A stretch of DNA of 64,000 bases, from the NCBI RefSeq assembly GCF_018350175.1, contig NC_058369.1, positions 5,272,001 to 5,336,000 on the forward strand. Reading direction: 5' to 3'. The notes below the pieces were generated by a model. The model had not been told where the DNA came from. It saw only the letters and a program-made list of their open reading frames with translations, and did no database searches. The position numbers and the translations under genes were made by a program. Origin of the DNA: Felis catus (Eukaryota). Numbering within the stretch: position 1 is the first letter of the stretch; each line of letters starts with the position of its first letter. This document shows positions 37,915-48,892 of this stretch, piece after piece.

Positions 37915-38540
37915 GTTCTACTTGCTGTGTAACTAATTACCCCAGAACTTGGTGACTTAAAATGATATGCATTTATTATCTCACTTGGTTCTGGGAGTGA
38001 GGAATCCAGAATGGCTTCTTTGGATGGTTCTGGCTCAAGGGTTTTCATCAGGTTGCAGTAAAGATGTTGGCTGGGGCTTGTGACCTGAAAGCTTCACTGA
38101 GGCTGAAGGCTTTGTTTTCAAGGTCGTTCCCCCATGTGGCTGTTGGCTTGAGGCCTCTTTCTCACCACCTGGGGCTCTCTGAGAGCTGCCTCAATGTCCT
38201 CATGGCATGGCAGCTCGCTTCTGTGAGTGCTCCGTGAGAGACTGTACTTAAGGGAGTGGAATTAGGCTTGGCATTTTGATGGGAGTGCCAAAGAATTGAT
38301 GGACATTTTTTCTTTTTTTAAAATGTTTATTTATTTATTATTTTGGAGGTGGGGAGGGGCAGAGAGAGAGGGGGAGAGAGAATTCCAAACAGGCTCCACA
38401 CTGTCAGCATAGAGTATGACATAGGGCTCAATCGCACAAACCATGAGATCATGACCTGAGCTGAAATCAAGAGTCAGATGCTTAACCAGCTGAGCCATAC
38501 AGGTGCCCCAAGAATTGATGGACATTTTTTAAACCACTAA
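37915..38540. mobile_element. MLT1-type LTR with antisense CanSINE (38311-38509)
   Basis: MLT1 motifs; SINE TSD aagaattgatggacattttt (38291 and 38510). Confidence 0.75.
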
Positions 38541-38739
38541 AGGGAGATTATAGCTTCTGGAGCTGAACAGTATGCATTCAAGTCCCACCTCCCTTCCCAC
38601 TCACTTCTTAGGAAAGTTACCAGGCTTCCATGCTGAGTTCAGCCCAGAATGCTGCAGTTCTGCTACTGATAATAGCAACATGCATTGTTGACATGTGGGA
38701 CAAATAAGTCAATGTATATAAAGCCCTTAAAATACTAAC

Positions 38740-40075
38740 CAACCTCAGCAAATGGTACTGGGAGTATTGGATATCTGCATGCCAAAGAGTGAAGTTGGAC
38801 ACCTACCATATACAACATGAACACAAGATGGATCAAAGACATAATGTAAGACCTAAAACTATAAAACTCCTAGAAGAAACATGACAGCAGCGCTTGATGA
38901 CATTGGATTCCACAAGTGTTTCTGGGTATGACCCCAAAAGAACAGGAAACAAAAGTAGAAATAGACAAAAGGAGTATATCAAACTAAAAACTTCTGCATG
39001 TCAAAGGATACAGTCAATGGAGTGAAAAGGTATCCCAGGGAATGGGAGAAAATACCTGATAATGGATTAGTATCCAGCATACATAGAGAATGTCTACAAT
39101 TCAACAAGAACAAAATAACTTGATTTAAAAAAAGGGGGGGGGGGGCAAAGAATCTGAATAGACATTTCCCCAAAGATGCTATACAGATGACCAAGAAGCA
39201 CATGAAAAGATGCTGAATGTTACTAACCATTAGGTAAATGTAAATCTAAACCACAATGAGATATCACCTCACACCCATTAGTATAGATATTATATATAAA
39301 AAAAAAAACACAGCATGAGGACATAGAGAAACTGGAACCACTGTGTAGTGCTGGTTAGGAATATAAAATAGCACAGCCACTATGAAGATAGTATGATGGC
39401 TCCTCAAAACCTTGAACCTAGTACTACCATATGAAATAATACAGAATAGTATTTCACTTTAAAAAGAAACACAATTTTGATATATGCAACAACATGGATG
39501 AACCTTAAAGACACTATGCTAAATGAAATATGCCAAACACAGAAAGACAGTATTTACTTACTGTAATATTCCACCTTCATGAGGTCCCCAGGGTAGTCAA
39601 AGTCATAGAAACAGAAAGTATAAGGGTGTGTGCCAGGTGGTACAGGAAGAGAAATGAAGAGTTGTGTTTTAACAGGTATAGGGTTTCAGTTTTACAGAAT
39701 GGAAAAATTCTAGAGATGGGTTACACAACAATGTGAATATACTTAACATTACTGCACTGTCCACTCAGAAATGGTTGAGTTGGTTGGGGCGCCTGGGTGG
39801 CGCAGTCGGTTAAGCGTCCGACTTCAGCCAGGTTACGATCTCGCGGTCCATGAGTTCGAGCCCCGCGTCAGGCTCTGGGCTGATGGCTCGGAGCCTGGAG
39901 CCTGTTTCCGATTCTGTGTCTCCCTCTCTCTCTGCCCCTCCCCCGTTCATGCTCTGTCTCTCTCTGTCCCAAAAATAAATAAAAATGCTGAAGAAAAAAA
40001 AAATTAAAAAAAAAAAAGAAATGGTTGAGATGGTAAATTTTATGTTATGCATTTTTTTTTACCATAATAGAAGCT
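38740..40075 (+). mobile_element. Old L1M ORF2 end and 3' UTR with young CanSINE
   Basis: aaatggtactgggag...aaaaacttctgc...gacatttccccaaag; L1MA/MB-type 3' UTR. Confidence 0.75.
39786..40016 (+). mobile_element. Young felid CanSINE
   Basis: CpG-rich; TSD agaaatggttgag(t/a)tggt at 39767 and 40017. Confidence 0.95.
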
Positions 40076-41409
40076 TTTTTAAAAAAGTCTGACACATGGT
40101 AAGCACCCCCAAACTTTAGATACTGTTACTTTTTAGGCTTGACCTTTGATTTTTTAAAAAAAAATACAATTAGATGGGAATTTCAGGACACAAGCAGTGG
40201 TGAGCACTTAGAATATATTTTTGCTGCCCTTTTATTTCCTATCAAAGATATTCCTAAGCAGTATTCAGACACCATTCCCTCTTTTCCAGCTCCTGGCTGA
40301 ACATAGGATATCTTTTTTTTTCTTACAAACACCCTTAGACCTAGATTAAGGAGAGAAACAGACTTTGTCTCCAGCATGTAATCAAACTTTGCGGGCATGA
40401 TTGAATGACTGGGTGAAAGTATTTTGGCCCCGTTTATACCTCCCAGTGGGGCCCATTATAGTAAAGTTTGATAGGGCAAATCTTTTTATGTGTCATTCAA
40501 AGAACAGTCAGCCAACATTTTTGTGTACATAGTATATTTGGGGGGGGAGGGGTGTTACTTAACCTCTTTGTTTCTCTGTCCCCTAACACATAAATCTGGG
40601 ACAGTAACAGAACCTACACCACAGATTGCTGTGGGGGTTAACCGAGTTATTCTATGTTGAGTCTGTACAATGGTGCCTGCAAATGTAGATATTTGTCAAC
40701 GTTATCTGTGATGGTGATGAGGACAATTACAAGGGACAAAAGAACTATTAGTTGGGACTTCAACAGATATAGTCTCTTCTCCAGGAAATCACATTGCCTT
40801 GACATCAGAAATTATCTTTTTCCTTCCTCTTCTCATTTACCTTACAAGTGAGACACGCAGTCAGGTAGGGTGGTTAAGATTCATAAGCATCCACTGGACT
40901 GAGAACCATCTGCTCAAAAATGGTTAAGATGGTAAATTTTGTGTTGTGTTCTGTATATTTTACCATGTTAAAAAAAAAAAAAAAAAAGCTGCCAGCATTT
41001 AAAAACTGAGATTTTGCACGACAATCCAGATTTCCAGGTTTTTGTATTTTGATTTTTTTTTTTTTTAAGAATGGAAGCACTGGCAATATTGAGCTCACAT
41101 TCTTGTGTGGAAACCATTGCTGGGGCGGAAAGTAATGTGGCTTTCCAGATGGGTCACGTGGCAAAGTTCCAACCCCTGTTTATTCCCTAAAGGTGGCCTG
41201 TTTGACAGATACATGCTGCCTGCCTGACCCTCCACAGGCATTTGAGTTTGCCACCATGAGCTGACGCAGAGAAGTATCAGGAGTCAACCTAAGCATCCTG
41301 CTCTGCTCAACTGTGTTCTGTTTACCTCGCATCCCCCTTTCCCCAGGGAATGGTGGACATTGTTCTCCGTGCACCCATCAGATTCTCCCAACCCTTGTCT
41401 CCCCTGCAG

Positions 41410-41642
41410 GTGCTGTGCTCCATCATTGCTGGTGTGCTGCACTACCTCTACCTGGCCTCCTTCACCTGGATGCTCCTTGAAGGGCTACAGCTTTTCCTAA
41501 CTGTCAGAAACCTCAAGGTGGCCAACTACATCATTACGGGGAAGTTCAAGAAGTTCATGTATCCTTTTGGCTACGGGGTTCCAGCTCTGATTGTAGCTGT
41601 GTCTACAGGTGTTGGACACAGCAGTTATGGGATACATATTAA
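41410..41642 (+). pseudogene. ADGRE paralogue TM3-TM4 exon: [77 protein letters not shown]
   Basis: cccctgcAG acceptor, GTaacc donor; 233 bp open frame, phase 0-2; HYLYLA.F.WMLLEG and GYG.PA motifs. Confidence 0.9.
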
Positions 41643-41935
41643 GTAACCACGGTGTCTTTGTCATGAGGAAGTAATAATATATGTATGAACTCCCATGTAT
41701 TGAACATCTACTACCTGCTCTGTTGTAGGTGCTGTGGGCACCCCAGGAAGCAAAGCAGACAATAAGCAAATAGACATGGAATATGATGTTGGGCTACAAT
41801 AGGTGCCACCACAGAGAGGCAAACTAGAGAAATGGGAATATATGTGAGCTGATAATTTTAAATAGTATGGTCAGGGAAACCACTGAGAGGTAAACTTTGT
41901 ATGTCATATGTTATTTGACTTTTTAGATGTCTTAC

Positions 41936-42432
41936 TGTATTAATTTCCTATTGCTGTGCTAACAAGTTAGCTCAAACTTGGTGACTTAAAACAATGCAAG
42001 TTTATTATCTTATTTTGAATTCTGTAGGTCAGAAGTCCAACCGCGTATCACTTAGCTAAAATCAAGGTGCCAGCAAAGTGCATTCCTTCTTGAGGTTCTA
42101 ACGGCTTTTCCAGCTTCTGGGGGCCACCCACATTCTTCAGCTTATGTCCCCCATCCTCTATCTTCAGGGCTAGCAACATTGCACATCTCTGACCATCCTT
42201 CACATCTCTTTCTGACTTTCTTCTGTCTCCCCTTTCCCCTTGTAAGAACACTTGTGATTACATTGGATCCACTCAGGTAACCCAGGATAATCTCCCCCAT
42301 TCCAAAATCCTTATGTTCAATTATATCTGCAGAGTCCCTTTTGTGTCACAAAGTAGAAATTCACAAGTTCTGAGCATGAGAACATGGATATTTTGGGGGT
42401 GGAGAGAGGCTCACATTATCCTATCACACCTA
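41936..42432. mobile_element. MaLR MLT1-type LTR
   Basis: gctaaaatcaaggtgccagca...tgtgattacattgg...ggataatctcccc. Confidence 0.75.
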
Positions 42433-43203
42433 CAAATTGACCTTCTTTTTTAATTTCTTCTATCTTACAAGATTAAATTTAGTAACAAGTGGGCAATCCT
42501 GGGTTTAAGGTGTTGATAACTTTTGGAAAAGGAATAACGCACAAGAGTATCCATTGAACTAAGCAGTGAACAACTTCCTTTTGAAATACAACTTGAGGAA
42601 AAGGCACTGTCATTTATAGATAAAAATTGGAGTTGAAACTAAATATTTTTGTTACTGAAAGCCAAATATACATTTATCCTATTTTTGGTCCATTCCAGTG
42701 GTTTTCAACTAGGGGTGATTTCATGCCCCACAGGGGACATTCAGCAGTGTCTGGAGACCTTTTTGGTTGTCACAACTTGAGGGAGGGGGTGGCCAGAGAT
42801 GCTGCTAAATGTTTTGTGATGCACAGGCCAACCGCACAGTGAAGAACCATGGGCCCAAAATGCCAGTAGAGCCAAGGCAGGGGAGCTCTGGTCTATTCAA
42901 AGCCCCTGCTCTGAGTTTGTAACTGAATTCTGATAGTGGAAGGACATGGTGGCATTCATTGAGTCCTCTATGCTTAACTGAATGTCCGGGGTTACAATGC
43001 CCAGAAGGTAAGTCTTCCATGAATGCTAATCATTGTTAATTTTTTCTCAGTGTTAATGGTTGTCACCTATTATATTATTTGTTTCCCCCTGACCCAGTTG
43101 CTGTACCCATTTTTCCCCCAATGTTTTAGTTTAGGGAAAGGTTTTTTAAGTGCATTTTCTTCTTTTTATGAAGAGCTGGAAAGTTGTTTATTCTCTTTTT
43201 CAG

Positions 43204-43257
43204 CTGCTGGGTCAGCTTCCTTTGAGCCTCATGGGGCCTGTTTTTGTTATTATTTTG
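43204..43257 (+). pseudogene. ADGRE paralogue ECL2-TM5 exon with net 13-bp loss (CWVS..FL/SLMGPVFVIIL)
   Basis: tttttcAG acceptor, GTgggt donor identical to ADGRE4 1315; 54 bp versus 67 bp, giving a frameshift and TGA. Confidence 0.85.
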
Positions 43258-43519
43258 GTGGGTTTATAATTTTTGTCATTACTTTGAATGTAGAAAATAT
43301 GTTTCACTGATGTGACAAAGGGATAATTTGATAATGACCTATTTAAATTTTCTCTAGAGTCCTTGAACTTAAGGCAGAACATGCCAAGAGATTGTAGACC
43401 CATTTCTTGTGGAAAGAGTAACATCTGAGTTGAAACTGAGACATCACATGAAATAAAGTTTCTGATGTTTATCTTGCCTGCACCACTGATGATGTGGCTT
43501 TTTAAAAAATATTTGCCCA

Positions 43520-43880
43520 AGTCAGTTGGAGAAAGACAGATATCATATGTTTTCACTCATGTGGATCTTGAGAAACTTAACAAGACTATGGGGGAAGGGA
43601 AGGGGGAAAAAATAGTTACAGAGAGGGAGGGAGGCAAACTATAAGAGACTCTTAAATACAGAGAACAAACCGAGGGTTGAGGAGGGATGGGGGAGAGGGA
43701 AAGTGGGTGATGGGCATTGAGGAGGGCACTTGTTGGAATGAGCACTGGGTATTGTATGTAAGCATGGTAATCTGCCCCAAAAACCAAGAGCACATTTTAC
43801 CCACTGTATGTTAGCCAATTTGACAATAATTATATTTACAAAAGTAAAAATAAATATTTTTTTAAAGTTCAAAACCAAAA
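43520..43880 (+). mobile_element. Short carnivore L1 3' end
   Basis: gaaagacagatatcatatgttttcactcatgtgg...gagcactgggtattgtatg...A-rich tail; approximate TSD. Confidence 0.85.
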
Positions 43881-43904
43881 GAAATAATTTTGGCCAAGGT
43901 CACT

Positions 43905-45350
43905 CACCTTTTTGAAATTATAATGAGAATATTTAACATGAGCTCTATTCCTGTTAGTAAAAGTTTAGGTGTAAAATGCAGTGTTGTTGGCCATAGGCAT
44001 GATGTCATACAGCAGAGGTCTAGAACATAATCACCTTGCATGACCCAAACTTTATACCTCCTGAATCATAGCTCCTGATAGCCTCTCTCCCCCTTACCAT
44101 CTCCTGAGACCACCATCCTACTTTCCACTTCTATGAATTTGACTTGAGTTTGACTGTTTTAGGTACCTCATGTAAGTGGAATCATACCGTATTTGTCCTT
44201 CTGTGACTGGCTTAGTTCACTTAGTATAACGTCCTCAAGGTTCATCCATGTGGTCACATATTGTAGGGTTTCCCTCTCTTTAGGGCTAAATAATATTCCA
44301 CTATGTCCATCTGATTATCCACCTGGATATTTCTATCATAAATTATTTATCCATTCATCTGTTAACGGACACTTAGATTGTTTGCACATCTTGGCTATTG
44401 TGAATAATGCTGCAATGAATATAGGAGTGTCATAGACTCTGGGTCTGGAGTTCTCTCCTGTCCAGCAATGCAGGATTGAAATGCAAGAGAGGCTAATGTC
44501 TAGGAGGAGACAAGAGCCCTGAGTAAGGGTCCTTGCTCCATTTTTATTAGGATCAGAAGGCTTATAAGCACAAAGAGACAATGAAACCGTGAACATTAAC
44601 TCATGGGCATGGGGGAAAGGGGATTTTGAAGATATGTGGTGTTAGGGGGTTGGGTTAATACAGAACAAACTCCTGGCCCCGGGTGGATGGTTGTTTACAG
44701 CAGACATGAGGCCCCACCTCTGTTTACCTAAACTTGCCTAGGGGATAAGAAAGAGCATGCTACCTCAGGGTCAACAAGACATCTTTCTTTTGTTAATTAG
44801 CTCAGGCTCTGGGAGACTTTGCTGCTGATCTAAAGTCCCTTTTTCCCATTTTCGTCCTTCCTTCCTGTAAAAGCAGCTTTCTGCTATTGCACTAAGCTGG
44901 GGGGGGGGGGCGTTTCTGCCCTGAATACCTAATCTTGTTTACGTCATTTTGGATGCTTCCATCCTGAGATTTCTTATTCCTGTACCTTTGTGTCCTATAC
45001 TGGGGGCCTTTGCCCTGTTTACCTAACCTTGTTTACCTGATCTTGGATGCATGCATCCTGTGACTTTCTATTTCTTTATGCCTTGTTAACCCATCAGTGC
45101 AAGTTCAGGGAATTCCTGTTATTCCCCACATAGGGGTATGTGTATCTCTTTGAGATTCAGGTTTCAATTCTTTAGGATAAGTACCCAGAAGTGGGATTGT
45201 TGGATCGTATGTCAGTTATATTCTTCGTATGTTGAAGAAGCTCCATATTGTTTTCCACAGCAGCCACACCAACATATTTCTACCAACAGCACACAGCATT
45301 CCAATTTCTCCACATGCTTCCCAACACTTGTTATCTTTTTCATTTTCAAA
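43905..45350 (-). mobile_element. L1MA-type 3' region split by a solo LTR
   Basis: gaataatgctgcaatgaatatagg continues after 45130 with tatctctttgagattcaggtttcaattc. Confidence 0.75.
44428..45130 (-). mobile_element. Solo LTR, 703 bp, probably class II (ERVK-like)
   Basis: Minus strand begins TGTGGGGAAT and ends GACA; 6-bp TSD taggag/tagggg (1 mismatch); AATAAA on minus at 44543-48; internal U3 duplication with about 94-bp period. Confidence 0.8.
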
Positions 45351-45432
45351 TAACTTAAAATTCACAAGAAGTTGTAAAAATAGTACAGAGTCCCACATAC
45401 CCTTCACTCAGCTTTCCCTAAAGATATTAGGG

Positions 45433-45643
45433 GTTTTTTTAATGTTTATTTATTTTTGGGAGAGAGAGAGACAGAGAGCAAGTGGGGAGGGGCAGAGAGA
45501 GAAGGAGACACAGAACTCAAAGCAAGATCCAGGCTCCGACCTGTCCACACAAAGCCTGATGTGGGGCTCCCAACCCATGAACTGCGAGATCATGACCTGA
45601 GCTGATGTTGAACGTTTAACTGACTGAGCCACCCACGTGCCCC
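45433..45643 (-). mobile_element. CanSINE
   Basis: Typical body and head. Confidence 0.9.
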
Positions 45644-46055
45644 AAGATGTTGAAAAACATTTAATACATGATTTTAAAATATGATTATACAAAAGGCATG
45701 CCAATGGGGGAGGAAACAAAACCCTCAAAACCTTAGAGAAGATAAGCACCAAAATGGAAATAGTGCTTATCTCTGTGTGTGAATTTCTTCTCTGGAATTT
45801 CAGATAAGTTCTGTTGTTTTTCTGCATTTTCCTAATTTTGGATAATGACCATATGTTGCTTCTCTGATCAGAAAAAAAAAATGGAAGCTAATTTTTAAAA
45901 AATCACGGTGTACACTGAGTTTTAGGAATCCTAAACATATTTTACAAGTTTTGAGAATGAATACCTGTCACTTCCTATTTAATTAAAAATATTGGGAAAA
46001 AATATATATTGGGTATTAGCCTACTTTAAGCTCTGCCCTTCATGTCACTTCACAG

Positions 46056-46147
46056 ATCAACTTGTCCTTCTATTTGACCACCCTATGGATTTTAAAAGAC
46101 CAACCTAAGTCCCTCAACAATGAAGTATCTGGGATGCAGAACACAAG
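46056..46147 (+). pseudogene. ADGRE paralogue TM5-ICL3 exon: INLSFYLTTLWILKDQPKSLNNEVSGMQNT(R)
   Basis: cttcacAG acceptor, GTaggt donor; 92 bp, same size and phase as ADGRE4 2129-2220; 17/30 residues identical. Confidence 0.9.
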
Positions 46148-46416
46148 GTAGGTGGGCACAGAGCTGGAAAACCAGAGAGGGGGGGTTGTTTTTTTTCACT
46201 GCCTAAAGTGAGGGCAGTGAGTTTTTTTCACTGCCTAAAGTGAGTGATTCTAACCTGGGGGCTATTTTCTGGAGATGATTTTGGTTATGGCAATATGGGA
46301 TGGGGGGGTGAAGAGGGGAAGGTTGCTACTGGCATCTAGATGGTACAGGCCAACGATAGTGCTAAATATCCTACAACACACAGGACAGCCCCCGCCACAA
46401 AGATGACCCCCCCCCA

Positions 46417-46632
46417 GGGGTGTCTGGGTGGCTCAGTCAGTTAAGCATCCAACTTCAGCTCAGGTCATGATTTCCTGGTTTGTGTGTTCTAGTCCCACGT
46501 TGGGCTCTGTGCTGACAGCTCAGAGCCTGGAGCTTGCCTCAGATTTTGTGTCTCCCTCTCTCTGCCCCTCCCCTGCTCGTGCTATGTCTCTCTGTCTCTC
46601 AAATATAAACATTAAAAATTTTTTTTTAAAAA
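46417..46632 (+). mobile_element. CanSINE inserted in MER20-like element (about 46245-46680)
   Basis: SINE body; degenerate TSD aaag(a/g)tga(c/t)cc..cccca. Confidence 0.85.
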
Positions 46633-46929
46633 GGTGATCCGCCCCCACTGTCAGGAATGCCAAGGCTAAGAAACCCTGAGTTAGGAGAATAATGCTTTTT
46701 CAGTTTTGCCATTTTTATAATTTGGGGAATTTATATGGTCCAGGTGAAAACGAAAATTTATCCAGTATATGAACCTCTAAGGATGTATTTCTGCTAGGAA
46801 TCATTTTCAGTACTTAATAGTATGAAATATATATTGTACTTAATATTGTATTAACTTATTGTTTTACACAGGTGTCATTTAGGTACGTAGGAAGAACAAT
46901 AGATTGGGAGATAGCTGCCATTGAAAAGA

Positions 46930-47387
46930 TAATGTTATAATCACAGACCCCAAAAGGAAGGGAAAGCTGTGTCAGGAGTGGGGAGATATCCTGGGGGAAA
47001 CACCAGAGTTGGCTAGCAGGCAGAGGCACAGGGGAAATTGTAGGCAAGCGCCTTTATTGTGGGGTGTGTGGAAAGGAGGTGAGGCAGGGTACACAGGTTT
47101 AGGATGGACTAGTTTGAATAGCCAGTGGGCTCCTGGGTATAGGGGCTGTCCTGGGTTGTCTGGTACCTGGTCCTGGGGTAGTTAAGGCAGGTGGATAGTG
47201 GCCTAGAATGTGAGAGCCCCATAAAGGAGGTGGTTGAGGGTGTGGGCCCTGGGTTGGTTGGTTTGCATTTGAAAGGTACACTCTAAGAATTGACTAACTC
47301 CATAAGGGGCAGTCCCTCCACAGGGTCAGTAAGATTCCAGTTGTGACAGCAACTGAATACAGAAAATAAAAAAACATAGTTAATACA
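46930..47387 (-). mobile_element. ERVL-type solo LTR (MER74-like, tentative)
   Basis: Minus strand begins TGTATTAACTATGTTTTTTTATTTTCTGTATTC; AATAAA on minus at about 47053. Confidence 0.55.
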
Positions 47388-47714
47388 CTTATAGTATATA
47401 ATTATAATAAATGCCATTATGTTAATATTATGAATGTTGGAACATTTCCCATTTCATTATACCAAACATAAATTACTTTTTGTGTACATGTATTACTTTC
47501 TATAAATAATTACATGGCATAAATTATATCACAGTCACATTATACGATGCTAGCATTACATATCAGTGATCCCTTTAACACTCCTGCCAGAGGTTACCAT
47601 GTTTAACGGTCTGACAGTCTTAGTCCCAAGCCTTGAAGCAAGAGTAAATATGTGATAGATAAGCGTTGCCGTGAGCCATAGAGCTGACATTGTTCTGCTT
47701 CTTGGTTTTGGCAG

Positions 47715-47889
47715 GATGCTGACGTTCAAAGCCGTTGCTCAGGTTTTAATTCTGGGCTCTTCTTGGGGCCTTGGCTTCTTTCTGGTGGAAGGAGTGCTGG
47801 ACCCTGTCAGGTTGGTGATGACCTTCACCATCATCAGCATCCTCCAGGGCGTCCATGTCTACTTGGTCCACGGCCTTCTGAATCACAAG
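47715..47889 (+). pseudogene. ADGRE paralogue TM6-TM7 exon: MLTFKAVAQVLILGSSWGLGFFLVEGVLDPVRLVMTFTIISILQGVHVYLVHGLLNHK
   Basis: ttttggcAG acceptor, GTaaac donor; 175 bp versus 181 bp (in-frame 6-bp loss); EMR4-type long ECL3; conserved Cys lost (GCSW to GSSW, HCLL to HGLL). Confidence 0.9.
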
Positions 47890-48849
47890 GTAAACCAGTG
47901 CCTCCTCCCCATGTTCCATGGCCCCTTGGTGTCTCATGTTTTGCTATTTTCTGTCTCCTGGGCTTCTCCATTGCTTGCATGGTGGTGTATGTGTGTATGC
48001 ACGGGGCTCTTTCTTCCATATCATGTTTGTCCCAGAGACCACCTTTTCAGGATTTATCTTTCTTGCTTCCAATCATTTGAATTTGCACTGAAGCAGCAGA
48101 AACTGGATAGAGCCATACAAGGTCCACATTATCTGACAATGAGAAAAAAAATCACAAATGAGGAAAACATACTAAATTCTGGGGCAGGGTGGGGGGAGCC
48201 TTGCTTAGGACTTAACTAGGCAAAATCCTTATGCTATGAAAACAAGTCTGAGTTGTTATATTTGAAACTGAGTTTATAATTGTAAATGCGGGCTACTTCT
48301 TAGAATGAAAAAAGAATCAAATGTTGATTTTTAGAGGGGCATTATTTTATGCGTTATGATGTGGTAGCTACGATACAATGATTTTTATGTGATGCTCGAC
48401 TTTTGCAAACTGCAGCTTCACACAAATTATCTGGGGATTTATTAATTTCCCAAGGATCTCTGAATCTTTTTTTTATTTAACTTTATTTTTTATTTTTTAA
48501 AATTTACATCCAAATTAGTTAGTATTTAGTGAAGCAATGATTTCAATGCTTCAATGATTCCTTAACGCCCCTTACCCATTTAGCCCATCCCTCCTCCCAC
48601 AACCCCCCCAGTAACCCTCAGTTTGTTCTCCATATTTATGAGTCTCTTGTCCTCCTCCCTGTTTTTATATTATTTTTGTTTCCCTTCCCTTATGTTCATC
48701 TGTTTCGTCTCTTAAAGTCCTCATATGAGTGAAGTTATATGATTTTTGTCTTTCTCTGACTTATTTCACTTAGCATAATCCCCTCCAGTTCCATCCATGT
48801 AGTTGCAAATGGAAAGATTTCATTCTTTTTGATTGCCGAGTAATACTCC

Positions 48850-48892
<43 letters not shown>

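Noticed and set aside
46191..46244. 22-bp direct repeat ttttttcactgcctaaagtgag
   Set aside because: Local duplication at a MER20 edge; two copies only, no functional sign.
41350..47889. Paralogue as a functional receptor because three TM exons are open
   Set aside because: The 54-bp exon is frameshifted, all three GAIN exons are disrupted, and GPS and TM1-2 were not found.
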